A stretch of 64,000 bases of DNA from Flavobacteriaceae bacterium (GTDB taxonomy: Bacteria > Bacteroidota > Bacteroidia > Flavobacteriales > Flavobacteriaceae): the NCBI GenBank assembly GCA_964220295.1, contig CAXPUM010000015.1, positions 7,761-71,760 on the forward strand. The letters run 5' to 3'. Below, piece by piece: positions 26,885-35,473 of the stretch (position 1 is the first letter of the stretch; the number at the start of each line of letters is the position of its first letter). Under the pieces are notes generated by a model that saw nothing but the letters and a program-made list of their open reading frames with translations, was not told the origin of the DNA and searched no databases. The position numbers and the translations under genes were made by a program.

Positions 26885-28582
26885 TTATTGCATTTCTGAA
26901 TTTTCATTATTCTGAAATACATGTTCCGCGTAATTTAAATTCAGCGCGTCATATTTTTTCCGTAGTTCGGAAAGTCGGCTTAAGAAATCCCGGTATTCCC
27001 TGGAATCATTACTGGTCCATCCAACTTCAGCAATCGCTGCCAATCGCGGTAATAACATATACTGCAGTTTATCCATGCTACCAATGTATTCCGTCCACAA
27101 ATTAGCCTGTGGTCCCAGAATGTACTTATGTTGCTCGGCCGTCAATTCTTCCGGTTGTGGATGATAGGAATATACTTTTTCAACGGGAAGATAACCGCCA
27201 ATTCCAAGTGGTTCTTTTGAAGGATCTTCTCCCTGCATGTAATCAAAATAACAATAGGTCGTAGGCGTCATGATCACATCATGATGTTGCTTGGCCGCCT
27301 CGATACCACCTTCTTCACCTCGCCAGGACATCACCGTTGCATTCGGTGCAAGGCCGCCTTCCAGGATCTCATCCCAGCCAATGATCTTTTTACCTTTACT
27401 ATTGATATATTTCTCCATTCTCTGGATAAAATAGCTTTGCAATTCGTGCTCATTTTCCAGTCCAAGAGCCTGCATTCTTTTCTGACAATCTGGGCAACGT
27501 TTCCAGTTATCTTTAGGACATTCGTCACCTCCAATGTGAATGTATTCTGATGGAAAAAGCGGAATCACTTCGTCCAACACATTTTGAAGAAATGTGAAAG
27601 TAGAATCTTTCCCTGCGCAGTAAACATCGGGGAAAACTCCCCAGCTTTCCTGTACGATCTTGTTTCGCCCATTGGCCTGTTGCTCTTTGCTGGTTTCAGA
27701 AATCATTCCCTCCGGAACCACCGTTTTTTCATTCGGGAAACAACTTAAATACGGATATGCAGCGATTGCAGCCTGGCTGTGTCCAGGCATCTCAATTTCT
27801 GGAATTATAGTGATATGTCTTTTTTTTGCATATGCCACCACGTCTTTAATCTGCTCCTGGGTGTAAAAACCACCATAACGCTTGTCATCATTTCCTGTTC
27901 CAGGATAGCGCCCTATAATTGTCCCGTTTCTATAACCACCAATTTCGGTAAGTTTTGGATATTTCTTGATCTCGATTCTCCATCCCTGATCTTCGGTTAA
28001 ATGCCAGTGAAATGTATTAATTTTGTGTAAAGCGAGAATATCAAGGTATTGTTTGACCTGATCCACATCATAAAAATGTCGGCCAACATCCAAATGCATC
28101 CCGCGGTAGCCAAAGGCCGGTTCTTCTTCAACTTCTACGGAAGGAATAATCAGGTCTCCGCCTTCCTCTAGAATCAACTGGCGTAAGGACTGAATTCCAA
28201 ATAGAACAGCCTGAGCTGAACCTCCTTCTATGCTAATATTTTCGGGTGTGATAGTTAATTTATAGGACTCTTTACCCATGCTTTCATTTTCGCGAAGTTG
28301 AACCTGACTTCCATCTGCTTCCATCTTGAGTTTCTTTCCAAAATCAGATGAAACATAAGACTTTAGCAATTCGGCTTCATTCTGAAGATTTTCAGAAGCA
28401 TCAATTGAAACGCCATCGGAAAGGGAAAATGCTCCTGGCGAAGGAATTAATTTTTGCGGCTTCGGAATTATATAATAATCGGCTTCCTGGTTTTCTCTTT
28501 CCGCATACTTTGAAGAATTACAGGCTGTAAACCCAAGAATTAGGCATAAAAGCGTTGGTAAATTTTTGAATAGATTTTTCAT
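26885..28582 (-). CDS. Beta-N-acetylhexosaminidase, GH20
   Basis: 565 aa with lipobox FTACNS. It has HWHLTEDQGWRIEIKKYP and the catalytic IHIGGDE. Confidence 0.9.
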   Translation of the reverse strand: MKNLFKNLPTLLCLILGFTACNSSKYAERENQEADYYIIPKPQKLIPSPGAFSLSDGVSIDASENLQNEAELLKSYVSSDFGKKLKMEADGSQVQLRENESMGKESYKLTITPENISIEGGSAQAVLFGIQSLRQLILEEGGDLIIPSVEVEEEPAFGYRGMHLDVGRHFYDVDQVKQYLDILALHKINTFHWHLTEDQGWRIEIKKYPKLTEIGGYRNGTIIGRYPGTGNDDKRYGGFYTQEQIKDVVAYAKKRHITIIPEIEMPGHSQAAIAAYPYLSCFPNEKTVVPEGMISETSKEQQANGRNKIVQESWGVFPDVYCAGKDSTFTFLQNVLDEVIPLFPSEYIHIGGDECPKDNWKRCPDCQKRMQALGLENEHELQSYFIQRMEKYINSKGKKIIGWDEILEGGLAPNATVMSWRGEEGGIEAAKQHHDVIMTPTTYCYFDYMQGEDPSKEPLGIGGYLPVEKVYSYHPQPEELTAEQHKYILGPQANLWTEYIGSMDKLQYMLLPRLAAIAEVGWTSNDSREYRDFLSRLSELRKKYDALNLNYAEHVFQNNENSEMQ

Positions 28583-28607
28583 TTTTTGGTTAGGTTTTGC
28601 TGAAATC

Positions 28608-30437
28608 TTAAAATATGACTTCTTTAATATTAGACCATAGCTTTTTCAGAATAAAAGCGAAAATGATCGTAATCACCGTCAGGATAATAGCTTTGGTATG
28701 ATAACCATAAATCCAGTAACCTGTAGAAAATAAGGCGCCGTAGATCACAAAACAGCCCGCAAGTGTTGCCGCGATACCATAAGGCACATTCCACTTTTCA
28801 TCTTTGATTTTTATACTTTCTTTATTTCTCTCTAAGATTCTTTTCCAACCAGGACCACCAGGCCGAATAATATTATAAAACCGAACCAAGGTTTCATCTT
28901 TCTCCGGTTTGGTAAGAAACGTGACCAGTAACCAGGCAATGGTAGTTATTAAAACGAGCAATGGATATTTCAAATATCCCGGCATAAGGCCTTCTACTAC
29001 TTCCCCATTATCCAGCAAAGCGCCACCGAACATATAAGTTCCGAAGCTGGTGAAGTTTATCAGGATCGAAAAGATCCCCGATACCACCATTGCTGCGATC
29101 TCACTCCAGGCATTAATTCGCCACCAGAACCAGCGAAGAATGAAGATCAGTCCAGTTCCCGCTCCAAACATCAGGATAACATTGAATAACTGTAAAGCAT
29201 TTTGCAACGCCAGAGCCAGAATTGCTGATAATACCATTAGTAAAACGGTAGAAATCCGGCCGGCATTCACCAATTGCTTTTCAGATGCATCACGATTCAC
29301 GTAACGCTGGTAAAAATCATTCACAATATAGGAGGAACCCCAGTTGAGATGCGTTGAAACAGTAGACATATACGCTGCGATCAAGCTGGTGAGGACTACC
29401 CCGATTAATCCGTTCGGCAATTTGGTCAACATAGCAGAATAAGCGAGGTCATGACCCAGTTTATCTGGGGTAATATCAGGAAAAGCCATTTGCAGGCTAT
29501 CCAGATCTGGATACACCACCAAAGATGCTAGGGCCACCAAAATCCAAGGCCATGGTCTTAGAGCATAATGCAGAATATTGAAAAAGAAGGTGGCGCCGAT
29601 GGCATGATTTTCATCTTTTGCAGCCAACATTCTTTGAGCGATATAACCGCCGCCACCAGGTTCCGCCCCAGGGTACCAGGCACTCCACCATTGCACCGCA
29701 AGTGGAATAATAAAAAGGGTAATCAATAATTCTCGATCTGAAAAATCTGGTAAAATGCTAATTTTTTCTGATACGATCTCATGAGATAGAATCCCGGACA
29801 TTCCACCAACTTCGGGTAGGTTGACAATATAAATCGCAGCGCCGATCCCTCCGGCCATCGCTACGAAAAACAAGATAAAATCTGTATAAACAACTCCTTT
29901 AAAACCTCCTACAGCACTAAAAATAACGGTTACGAGCCCTGCAATTCCAACTGTTTGCAGCGGACTCAATCCCAACATGACCGAACCAATTTTGATCGCT
30001 GCCAGTGTCACGGCAGACATTGCCAGAATGTTGAACAAAACGCCAAGATAGATCGCTCGAAAACCCCTTAGGAATTTAGCGGGCTTGCCCCCATAGCGCA
30101 TTTCATAAAATTCAATATCTGTAGTTACGCCTGATCGTCTCCATAATTTTGCATAAACAAAAACTGTTAGTAAACCGGTGATCAGGAATGCCCACCAGAC
30201 CCAGTTTCCGCTAACTCCATTCGTACGAACAATATCAGTTACGAGGTTAGGAGTATCTGTAGAAAAAGTGGTTGCAACCATCGAAACTCCCAATAGCCAC
30301 CAGGGCATGGTTCGTCCTGAAAGAAAATATTCCGAAGCGCTTTTACTAGATTTTCGGGACACATAAAACCCAATTGAAAGAGTAATTAAGAAAAAACCGG
30401 CGATAAAGAGATAGTCGAATAAATTCAGATCGATCAT
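28608..30437 (-). CDS. Sodium:solute symporter family (SSF) transporter, first gene of the GlcNAc operon
   Basis: 609 aa with 13 or more predicted TM helices. The N-terminus is SSF-like (EYFLSGR.MPWW..G.SMVATTFS.DTP). Confidence 0.85.
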   Translation of the reverse strand: MIDLNLFDYLFIAGFFLITLSIGFYVSRKSSKSASEYFLSGRTMPWWLLGVSMVATTFSTDTPNLVTDIVRTNGVSGNWVWWAFLITGLLTVFVYAKLWRRSGVTTDIEFYEMRYGGKPAKFLRGFRAIYLGVLFNILAMSAVTLAAIKIGSVMLGLSPLQTVGIAGLVTVIFSAVGGFKGVVYTDFILFFVAMAGGIGAAIYIVNLPEVGGMSGILSHEIVSEKISILPDFSDRELLITLFIIPLAVQWWSAWYPGAEPGGGGYIAQRMLAAKDENHAIGATFFFNILHYALRPWPWILVALASLVVYPDLDSLQMAFPDITPDKLGHDLAYSAMLTKLPNGLIGVVLTSLIAAYMSTVSTHLNWGSSYIVNDFYQRYVNRDASEKQLVNAGRISTVLLMVLSAILALALQNALQLFNVILMFGAGTGLIFILRWFWWRINAWSEIAAMVVSGIFSILINFTSFGTYMFGGALLDNGEVVEGLMPGYLKYPLLVLITTIAWLLVTFLTKPEKDETLVRFYNIIRPGGPGWKRILERNKESIKIKDEKWNVPYGIAATLAGCFVIYGALFSTGYWIYGYHTKAIILTVITIIFAFILKKLWSNIKEVIF

Positions 30438-30734
30438 AAAGAGATAGTTTGAAAAATCGGCTGATACGAATATGAATCCATCGTTTTTCGATTTCAGCTA
30501 TACAATGTTAAAAATTATTTAACAAAAATTATGAATTTTAACCCATATAATTCGGAAAAAATAAATCGATTTAGGAAAGGCGAAAAAGTTCGATTAATAA
30601 GTTAAAAATTAGATATTTATTCAATTGTACTTGAACTATAAGGTTCGGGATTAAAAGATTTAAAGGAGAAGAAATCATTTATTGATTCAACTGAAGATCA
30701 TTTTATACGCTTACATGAGCTGGATACCCATAAT

Positions 30735-30768
30735 AAAAAAAAGCTGAATAATGCATCCAGCTTTTTTA
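30735..30768. terminator. Orphan bidirectional intrinsic-terminator-like hairpin in a 543-nt intergenic region
   Basis: The sequence is AAAAAAAAGCTG-aataatgcatc-CAGCTTTTTT. An alternative stem pairs GCTGGAT (30719-30725) with ATCCAGC (30755-30761). A-runs and T-runs flank both sides, and no annotated gene ends here. Confidence 0.45.
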
Positions 30769-30980
30769 GGCTAATCCTGTAATTAATAAATTCATTTTAA
30801 AAACAGTTTATTTTAATCTCATTTTATTTCTTCATACATCCCTCCTTTTTAGATACATACGAGAATTTTAACCATTTAGTTTTCAGAAAATGAACACTTT
30901 AGCTATTTCTATTAATCCTAATCATGCGTTTTCTAAAATTGCAGAAGTTTAAATGATTCTTACATTTGTGATCAAAAACG

Positions 30981-31745
30981 ATGAATCGGTACTTCCTGCA
31001 CCTTTTACTTTTCCTTTTGATTCCGCTATTTTCAAATGCTCAGTTAGTCAATATTGAATCCAAACGGATGCAGACCGATTCCATAAGATTTGCCTTAAAT
31101 GCCGACTTTTCACTGAATCATACAAATAATGATGGTACAAAAGTGACTCAACTGGATGGAGCTTTAACCACACAGCTTAAATCCAGGGATCTGAGAAGCA
31201 TTTATTTCTTTATTGGCACGTACAAACTTATAGACAGCGAGAATAAGAACCTGCAGAATGCATGGTTTCTGCACGGACGCTACAACTATAAATTCAATAA
31301 AGTGCTCCGGCTGGAAGCGTTTATACAGGGCCAGTATAATCAACTCTTGGTGGTTGAACAACGCAACCTCGTTGGGGTTGGATTGCGTGTGAAATGGATG
31401 GATGAAGAAAATTTCACCGGTTATGCCGGCAATAGTTATATGTATGAAGTGGAATATAGCGACGAAGCCGGAACAACCGATTATAACCATCGAAACAGCA
31501 CCTATCTTACCCTTTCCTATTTCCCGAAATCGGAAAGATTTTCTGTAGCTAATACTGTTTATTACCAGCCGCTCTATAAAAATCTGAATGATTATCGCAT
31601 CCTGGAACAGTTTCGCCTGGACATCCCATTAGCCAAATGGTTTAAGGTATTTACTACTTTCAATTACTATTTTGACAGCCAGACTCCTCTAAATACAGAA
31701 GAATATACCTCAAATTTAAATTTTGGACTGGGAATCAGTTTATAA
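30981..31745 (+). CDS. DUF481-like outer-membrane beta-barrel protein
   Basis: 254 aa with a signal peptide (LFSNAQ). It has an alternating beta-strand pattern and ends in an aromatic/aliphatic strand (NLNFGLGISL). It resembles the YdiY/DUF481 family from memory. Confidence 0.6.
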   Translation: MNRYFLHLLLFLLIPLFSNAQLVNIESKRMQTDSIRFALNADFSLNHTNNDGTKVTQLDGALTTQLKSRDLRSIYFFIGTYKLIDSENKNLQNAWFLHGRYNYKFNKVLRLEAFIQGQYNQLLVVEQRNLVGVGLRVKWMDEENFTGYAGNSYMYEVEYSDEAGTTDYNHRNSTYLTLSYFPKSERFSVANTVYYQPLYKNLNDYRILEQFRLDIPLAKWFKVFTTFNYYFDSQTPLNTEEYTSNLNFGLGISL

Positions 31746-31788
31746 TTTCAGAACATTCTCTATCTTGTAAAGACTTTTATCTTTTATA

Positions 31789-32166
31789 ATGCCTCGGATA
31801 GAAAACAGGAAGGAATTCTTTGCAAAACTTCAAAATGCGCTTGCAGGTTTATTAATATTTCTGAATGGAATTGATAGTTTTCAGAAATATCCCGTGGTGG
31901 GTTTTATCAATATTATTCTGGGAACCGGGCTCTTTTCAGTTTATATGCTGAGTAAAAAAGGTAAATTCAACAATGACTATATCAAGCCCCTTATCCTTTT
32001 AGCCGAAAGTATTGGCTTTTTACTGATAGGATATGTTTATGTTTTAAAAAGTTCTGAATATCTTCACTATATTTTTTATACCGCCGCCATTGGTTACCTG
32101 GTAGCGGCAATTGTTAAATTCCGTAAGATTCTTTCTAACGGAAAAAGTCTAAAAATCAATTTCTAA
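31789..32166 (+). CDS. Hypothetical small integral membrane protein (about 4 TM helices)
   Basis: 125-aa ORF with four hydrophobic stretches, co-oriented between the DUF481 and DUF1080 genes. Confidence 0.5.
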   Translation: MPRIENRKEFFAKLQNALAGLLIFLNGIDSFQKYPVVGFINIILGTGLFSVYMLSKKGKFNNDYIKPLILLAESIGFLLIGYVYVLKSSEYLHYIFYTAAIGYLVAAIVKFRKILSNGKSLKINF

Positions 32167-32192
32167 TAATTTCAAAATTTATAACAAGTCTT

Positions 32193-32978
32193 ATGATAAA
32201 TTGTAAAAATGCGCTGTTCACTGGTTTGGCAGCCCTTGCCTTTTCTCAGCTTTCTGCTCAAGAATATCCAAATACACCACCCGAACAATCTCCAATGCCG
32301 ATGAAACCAGAAATGACTGAGATCTGGGAACCGGAAGTTGAAGTTGTTACTCCGGGAGAGAAACTTGGCGATGCGCCATCAGATGCTATTATCCTTTTCG
32401 ATGGGAACAATCTCGACCAATGGGTAAGCCAGTCAGATTCCTCAAAAGCAGCGCCATGGGCGGTGAAAGATGGTTATTTTGAGGTCGTTCCAGGAACCGG
32501 CGGAATTCAAACCAAGATGAAATTTGGTGACGCCCAGATCCATATTGAATGGAGCGCTCCAGACGATACGGCACATCGAGGCCAGGGTCGTGGAAATAGT
32601 GGTTTATTTCTGCAGGACCGCTACGAACTTCAGATCTTAGATTCATACAAAAATAGAACATACGCCAATGGTCAAGCCGGCAGTATTTATAAAGATCATC
32701 CGCCGTTAGTGAATGTAATGCGTTCGCCTGATAAGTGGAATACTTATGATGTAATTTACACAGCACCTCGATTTAAAGAGGATGGCAGATTGGACAGTGA
32801 AGCAAAGATCACTGTGTTGCATAACGGAGTCGTTGTGCAAAACGACGCAACGATTCATGGTTTAACCCTTTATATTGGCTTACATAATTATCCTGAAGCC
32901 CACGGGGAAGATGTGATCGCTCTGCAGGATCATGGAACCAAAGTTCAATTCAGAAATATCTGGGTTAGAAGACTTTAA
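32193..32978 (+). CDS. DUF1080 (3-keto-disaccharide hydrolase-like, concanavalin-like fold) secreted protein
   Basis: 261 aa with a signal peptide. Motifs are W.VKDGYFEV..G.G.I.T...FGD.Q.H.EW, GNSGLFLQDRYELQILDS and LQDHG..V.FRNIWV. Confidence 0.8.
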   Translation: MINCKNALFTGLAALAFSQLSAQEYPNTPPEQSPMPMKPEMTEIWEPEVEVVTPGEKLGDAPSDAIILFDGNNLDQWVSQSDSSKAAPWAVKDGYFEVVPGTGGIQTKMKFGDAQIHIEWSAPDDTAHRGQGRGNSGLFLQDRYELQILDSYKNRTYANGQAGSIYKDHPPLVNVMRSPDKWNTYDVIYTAPRFKEDGRLDSEAKITVLHNGVVVQNDATIHGLTLYIGLHNYPEAHGEDVIALQDHGTKVQFRNIWVRRL

Positions 32979-32993
32979 TTTTCTACGGAAATA

Positions 32994-33030
32994 AAACAAA
33001 AAACCGATCTGGATCAGATCGGTTTTTTTA
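32994..33030. terminator. Bidirectional intrinsic terminator shared by the convergent DUF1080 and vWA genes
   Basis: The stem is CCGATCTG (33004-33011) / CAGATCGG (33015-33022) with a 3-nt loop. An A-run lies upstream and T7 downstream. Confidence 0.85.
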
Positions 33031-33037
33031 TGAAATA

Positions 33038-34804
33038 TTATTGGCAGCTTTTTACAAGCCTGATAAATTCAGCTCGATAACCGTCTTCGTCTTTCCCCCT
33101 GCCTTCTTCAGCTAAAGCTAAAACTTTCTCGGTTCCTGTATTATTAGAAAATTCCGAATTTCTCAAATTCATACCGAACAATGCCACGGCAGACATAAAC
33201 TTCATGTCGCTGCTCATTTTATGATCTGATTTTGGTTCATTTAGGGTTTTAGTGATCAATTGGCTCTTTTTACCGTCCGGATTCTTATATCGAAATTTCA
33301 CGGTAAGCAACTCATCACCAAAATCAGTTTTCTGCTTTTTTGAATATTTCAGATCATCTACATCTTTTAAAAATTTAGACTTGACACCCGTTGGAATGAT
33401 CTCATAAAGCGCTGTTACTTTATGACCACTTCCCAGTTCCCCGGCATCCTTTTTATCATCATTAAAATCTTCATCATTTAACAGCCGGTTCTCATAACCA
33501 ATCAGCCTATAAGCGGCAATTTTATTCGGATTGAATTCTACCTGTATTTTTACATCTTTGGCAATAGTATAGATCGTCCCGCCAAATTCAGTTCCAAGAA
33601 CTCTCTTCGCTTCCTGCATGGTATCGATATAAGCATAATTACCATTGCCCTTATCGGCCAGGGTTTCCATTTTTGAATCCTGGTAGTTACCCATTCCAAA
33701 ACCCAGACAGGTAAGGAAAATTCCGCTTTCGCGTTTCTCTTCTATTAAATCCTGCATCGCCCTATCACTGCTGGCTCCGACATTAAAATCACCATCGGTT
33801 GCCAGGATCACACGATTATTTCCGCCTTCGATAAAATTTTCTTTAGCCAAATCGTAGGCAAGTTTGATACCTTCTCCTCCTGCAGTAGAACCGCCAGCCT
33901 GAAGTTTTTCCAGTGCTTCCTTGATTTTGCCTTTATCATCACCACTGGTAGGATCCAGAACGACTCCTGCAGCTCCGGCATAGACCACCATGGAAACTTT
34001 ATCTTCCGCTCTCAGATTATCAGTCAATAATTTGAACGCCGGCTTTAGTAAGCCTAATTTGTTTGGGCTATTCATAGAACCGCTAACATCAATAAGAAAA
34101 ACCAGGTTTGATGCTGGAACATTATCCAGTGGAATGACCTTGCCCTGCAGCCCTATTTTAATCAATTTGGTATCCTTATTCCAAGGAGTTGATGCAACTT
34201 CAGTATTTATAGAAAATGGATCATCTCCTGTAGGCTGTGGGTAATCATAATTAAAATAGTTTACCATTTCTTCAATTTTGACGGCATCTTTCGGGATATC
34301 CTGTCCGTTATTGATCATCCTGCGAACATTGCTATACCCTGCGCGATCTACATCTATAGAAAAAGTTGAAAGTGGTGCGTTACCAACACGCTTAAAAATG
34401 TTTTCCTCAATTTGTTTGTAAGACTCTCTATTTTCTTGCTGGTAGTTTCCGTGAAGGGAAGAGACTCCTCTTATCCTGATATTATTATTGGCATATCCAG
34501 TCACAACCACCTCATCTAAAGAAGAGCTGTCTTCCTCCAGTAACACATTTACCTCTGTCTGTTCTTTAATTTTAACTTCTTTCTGTTTAAAACCGACAAA
34601 AGAAAACACCAGAATATCCCCTTTTTCAGCTTCGATCGAATACTGCCCGTCAAAATTGGTTTGAGCGCCAGTTGAAGTTCCTTTAACTAGAATATTAACA
34701 CCGGGCAGTACATCGCCATTACTATCAGAAACAGTTCCGGTAATAGTTCTTGCTGAAATTTGGCTAAATGAGAATGCAATTAGCAGTAGTACAATTGATT
34801 TCAT
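33038..34804 (-). CDS. von Willebrand factor type A protein (YfbK-like, vWA + DUF3520) with a CarboxypepD_reg-like N-terminal domain
   Basis: 588 aa. After the signal peptide comes ITGTVSDSNGDVLPGVNILVKGTSTGAQTNFDGQYSI...LDEVVVTGY. The vWA MIDAS motif is LVFLIDVSGSM. Confidence 0.8.
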   Translation of the reverse strand: MKSIVLLLIAFSFSQISARTITGTVSDSNGDVLPGVNILVKGTSTGAQTNFDGQYSIEAEKGDILVFSFVGFKQKEVKIKEQTEVNVLLEEDSSSLDEVVVTGYANNNIRIRGVSSLHGNYQQENRESYKQIEENIFKRVGNAPLSTFSIDVDRAGYSNVRRMINNGQDIPKDAVKIEEMVNYFNYDYPQPTGDDPFSINTEVASTPWNKDTKLIKIGLQGKVIPLDNVPASNLVFLIDVSGSMNSPNKLGLLKPAFKLLTDNLRAEDKVSMVVYAGAAGVVLDPTSGDDKGKIKEALEKLQAGGSTAGGEGIKLAYDLAKENFIEGGNNRVILATDGDFNVGASSDRAMQDLIEEKRESGIFLTCLGFGMGNYQDSKMETLADKGNGNYAYIDTMQEAKRVLGTEFGGTIYTIAKDVKIQVEFNPNKIAAYRLIGYENRLLNDEDFNDDKKDAGELGSGHKVTALYEIIPTGVKSKFLKDVDDLKYSKKQKTDFGDELLTVKFRYKNPDGKKSQLITKTLNEPKSDHKMSSDMKFMSAVALFGMNLRNSEFSNNTGTEKVLALAEEGRGKDEDGYRAEFIRLVKSCQ

Positions 34805-34952
34805 ACAGATTAGTTTTTTGAGTTAAAATTAACGGTTGCAGTTGCAATTGAATTTGCATGCACATCAATCATTCCAAAACATGCCATTTCAATCGTTTTC
34901 GGTAATTTAACTTATTAAAAATTTGTGAAAATTACTTAGAGCAAATACATTT

Positions 34953-35375
34953 GTGCCCCGAATGAAAAGAGCATTTTTCAAATATCTTTTTTCGGTAGCT
35001 TTCCTTCTACTTGGAACATTATTGCATTTATATGCCAATTCTGTTCCAGTCAATACTGAACTTTTATCTTCCTCAAAAACTGTTCATGCTGCGAATGAAG
35101 ATCTCAACATTGCTCAGTTCGTACAAGGTGATCAAAGTCATCACCTGGATTTTGAAAAATTACTCATCGAAGAAACCGAAAGTGAGAATTTAGAGCTTTC
35201 TGGTCATAGCGATGATCTCCCGCAAATGTATTCCGGCCACCTCTTTTCGGCCGTTTTCTATCTTATGGCCTGGGATTTTTCTCCAGGGAACAAAGTTGTT
35301 TCCAGGTCCTGCCGTAAGGAATCGAACCATCACTCTCTCAGGCGTTTTATTCAGCTAGAGGTTTTTAGAATTTAG
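34953..35375 (+). CDS. Hypothetical signal-anchored protein upstream of the RND operon
   Basis: 140-aa ORF with GTG at 34953; ATG at 34962 gives MKRAFFKYLFSVAFLLLGTLLHLYA. I recognise no family, so the coding status is uncertain. Confidence 0.35.
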   Translation: MPRMKRAFFKYLFSVAFLLLGTLLHLYANSVPVNTELLSSSKTVHAANEDLNIAQFVQGDQSHHLDFEKLLIEETESENLELSGHSDDLPQMYSGHLFSAVFYLMAWDFSPGNKVVSRSCRKESNHHSLRRFIQLEVFRI

Positions 35376-35473
35376 AATACCCTTATAAGCCTTGATCAAA
35401 GGTTTTAATACCTGGTTTTTAACCGGGGCAAACTTCCATTTTTATTATTCAATTTTTCAAAATTCATTTTACT

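Noticed and set aside
30835-30860. Strong Shine-Dalgarno-like AAGGAGGG on the minus strand followed by ATG codons
   Set aside because: The downstream reading frames are only 3-9 codons long (MKK*, MYEEIK*, MRLK*, MNLLITGLA*). That is not enough to call a peptide gene, so it is folded into the orphan-terminator/sRNA hypothesis instead.
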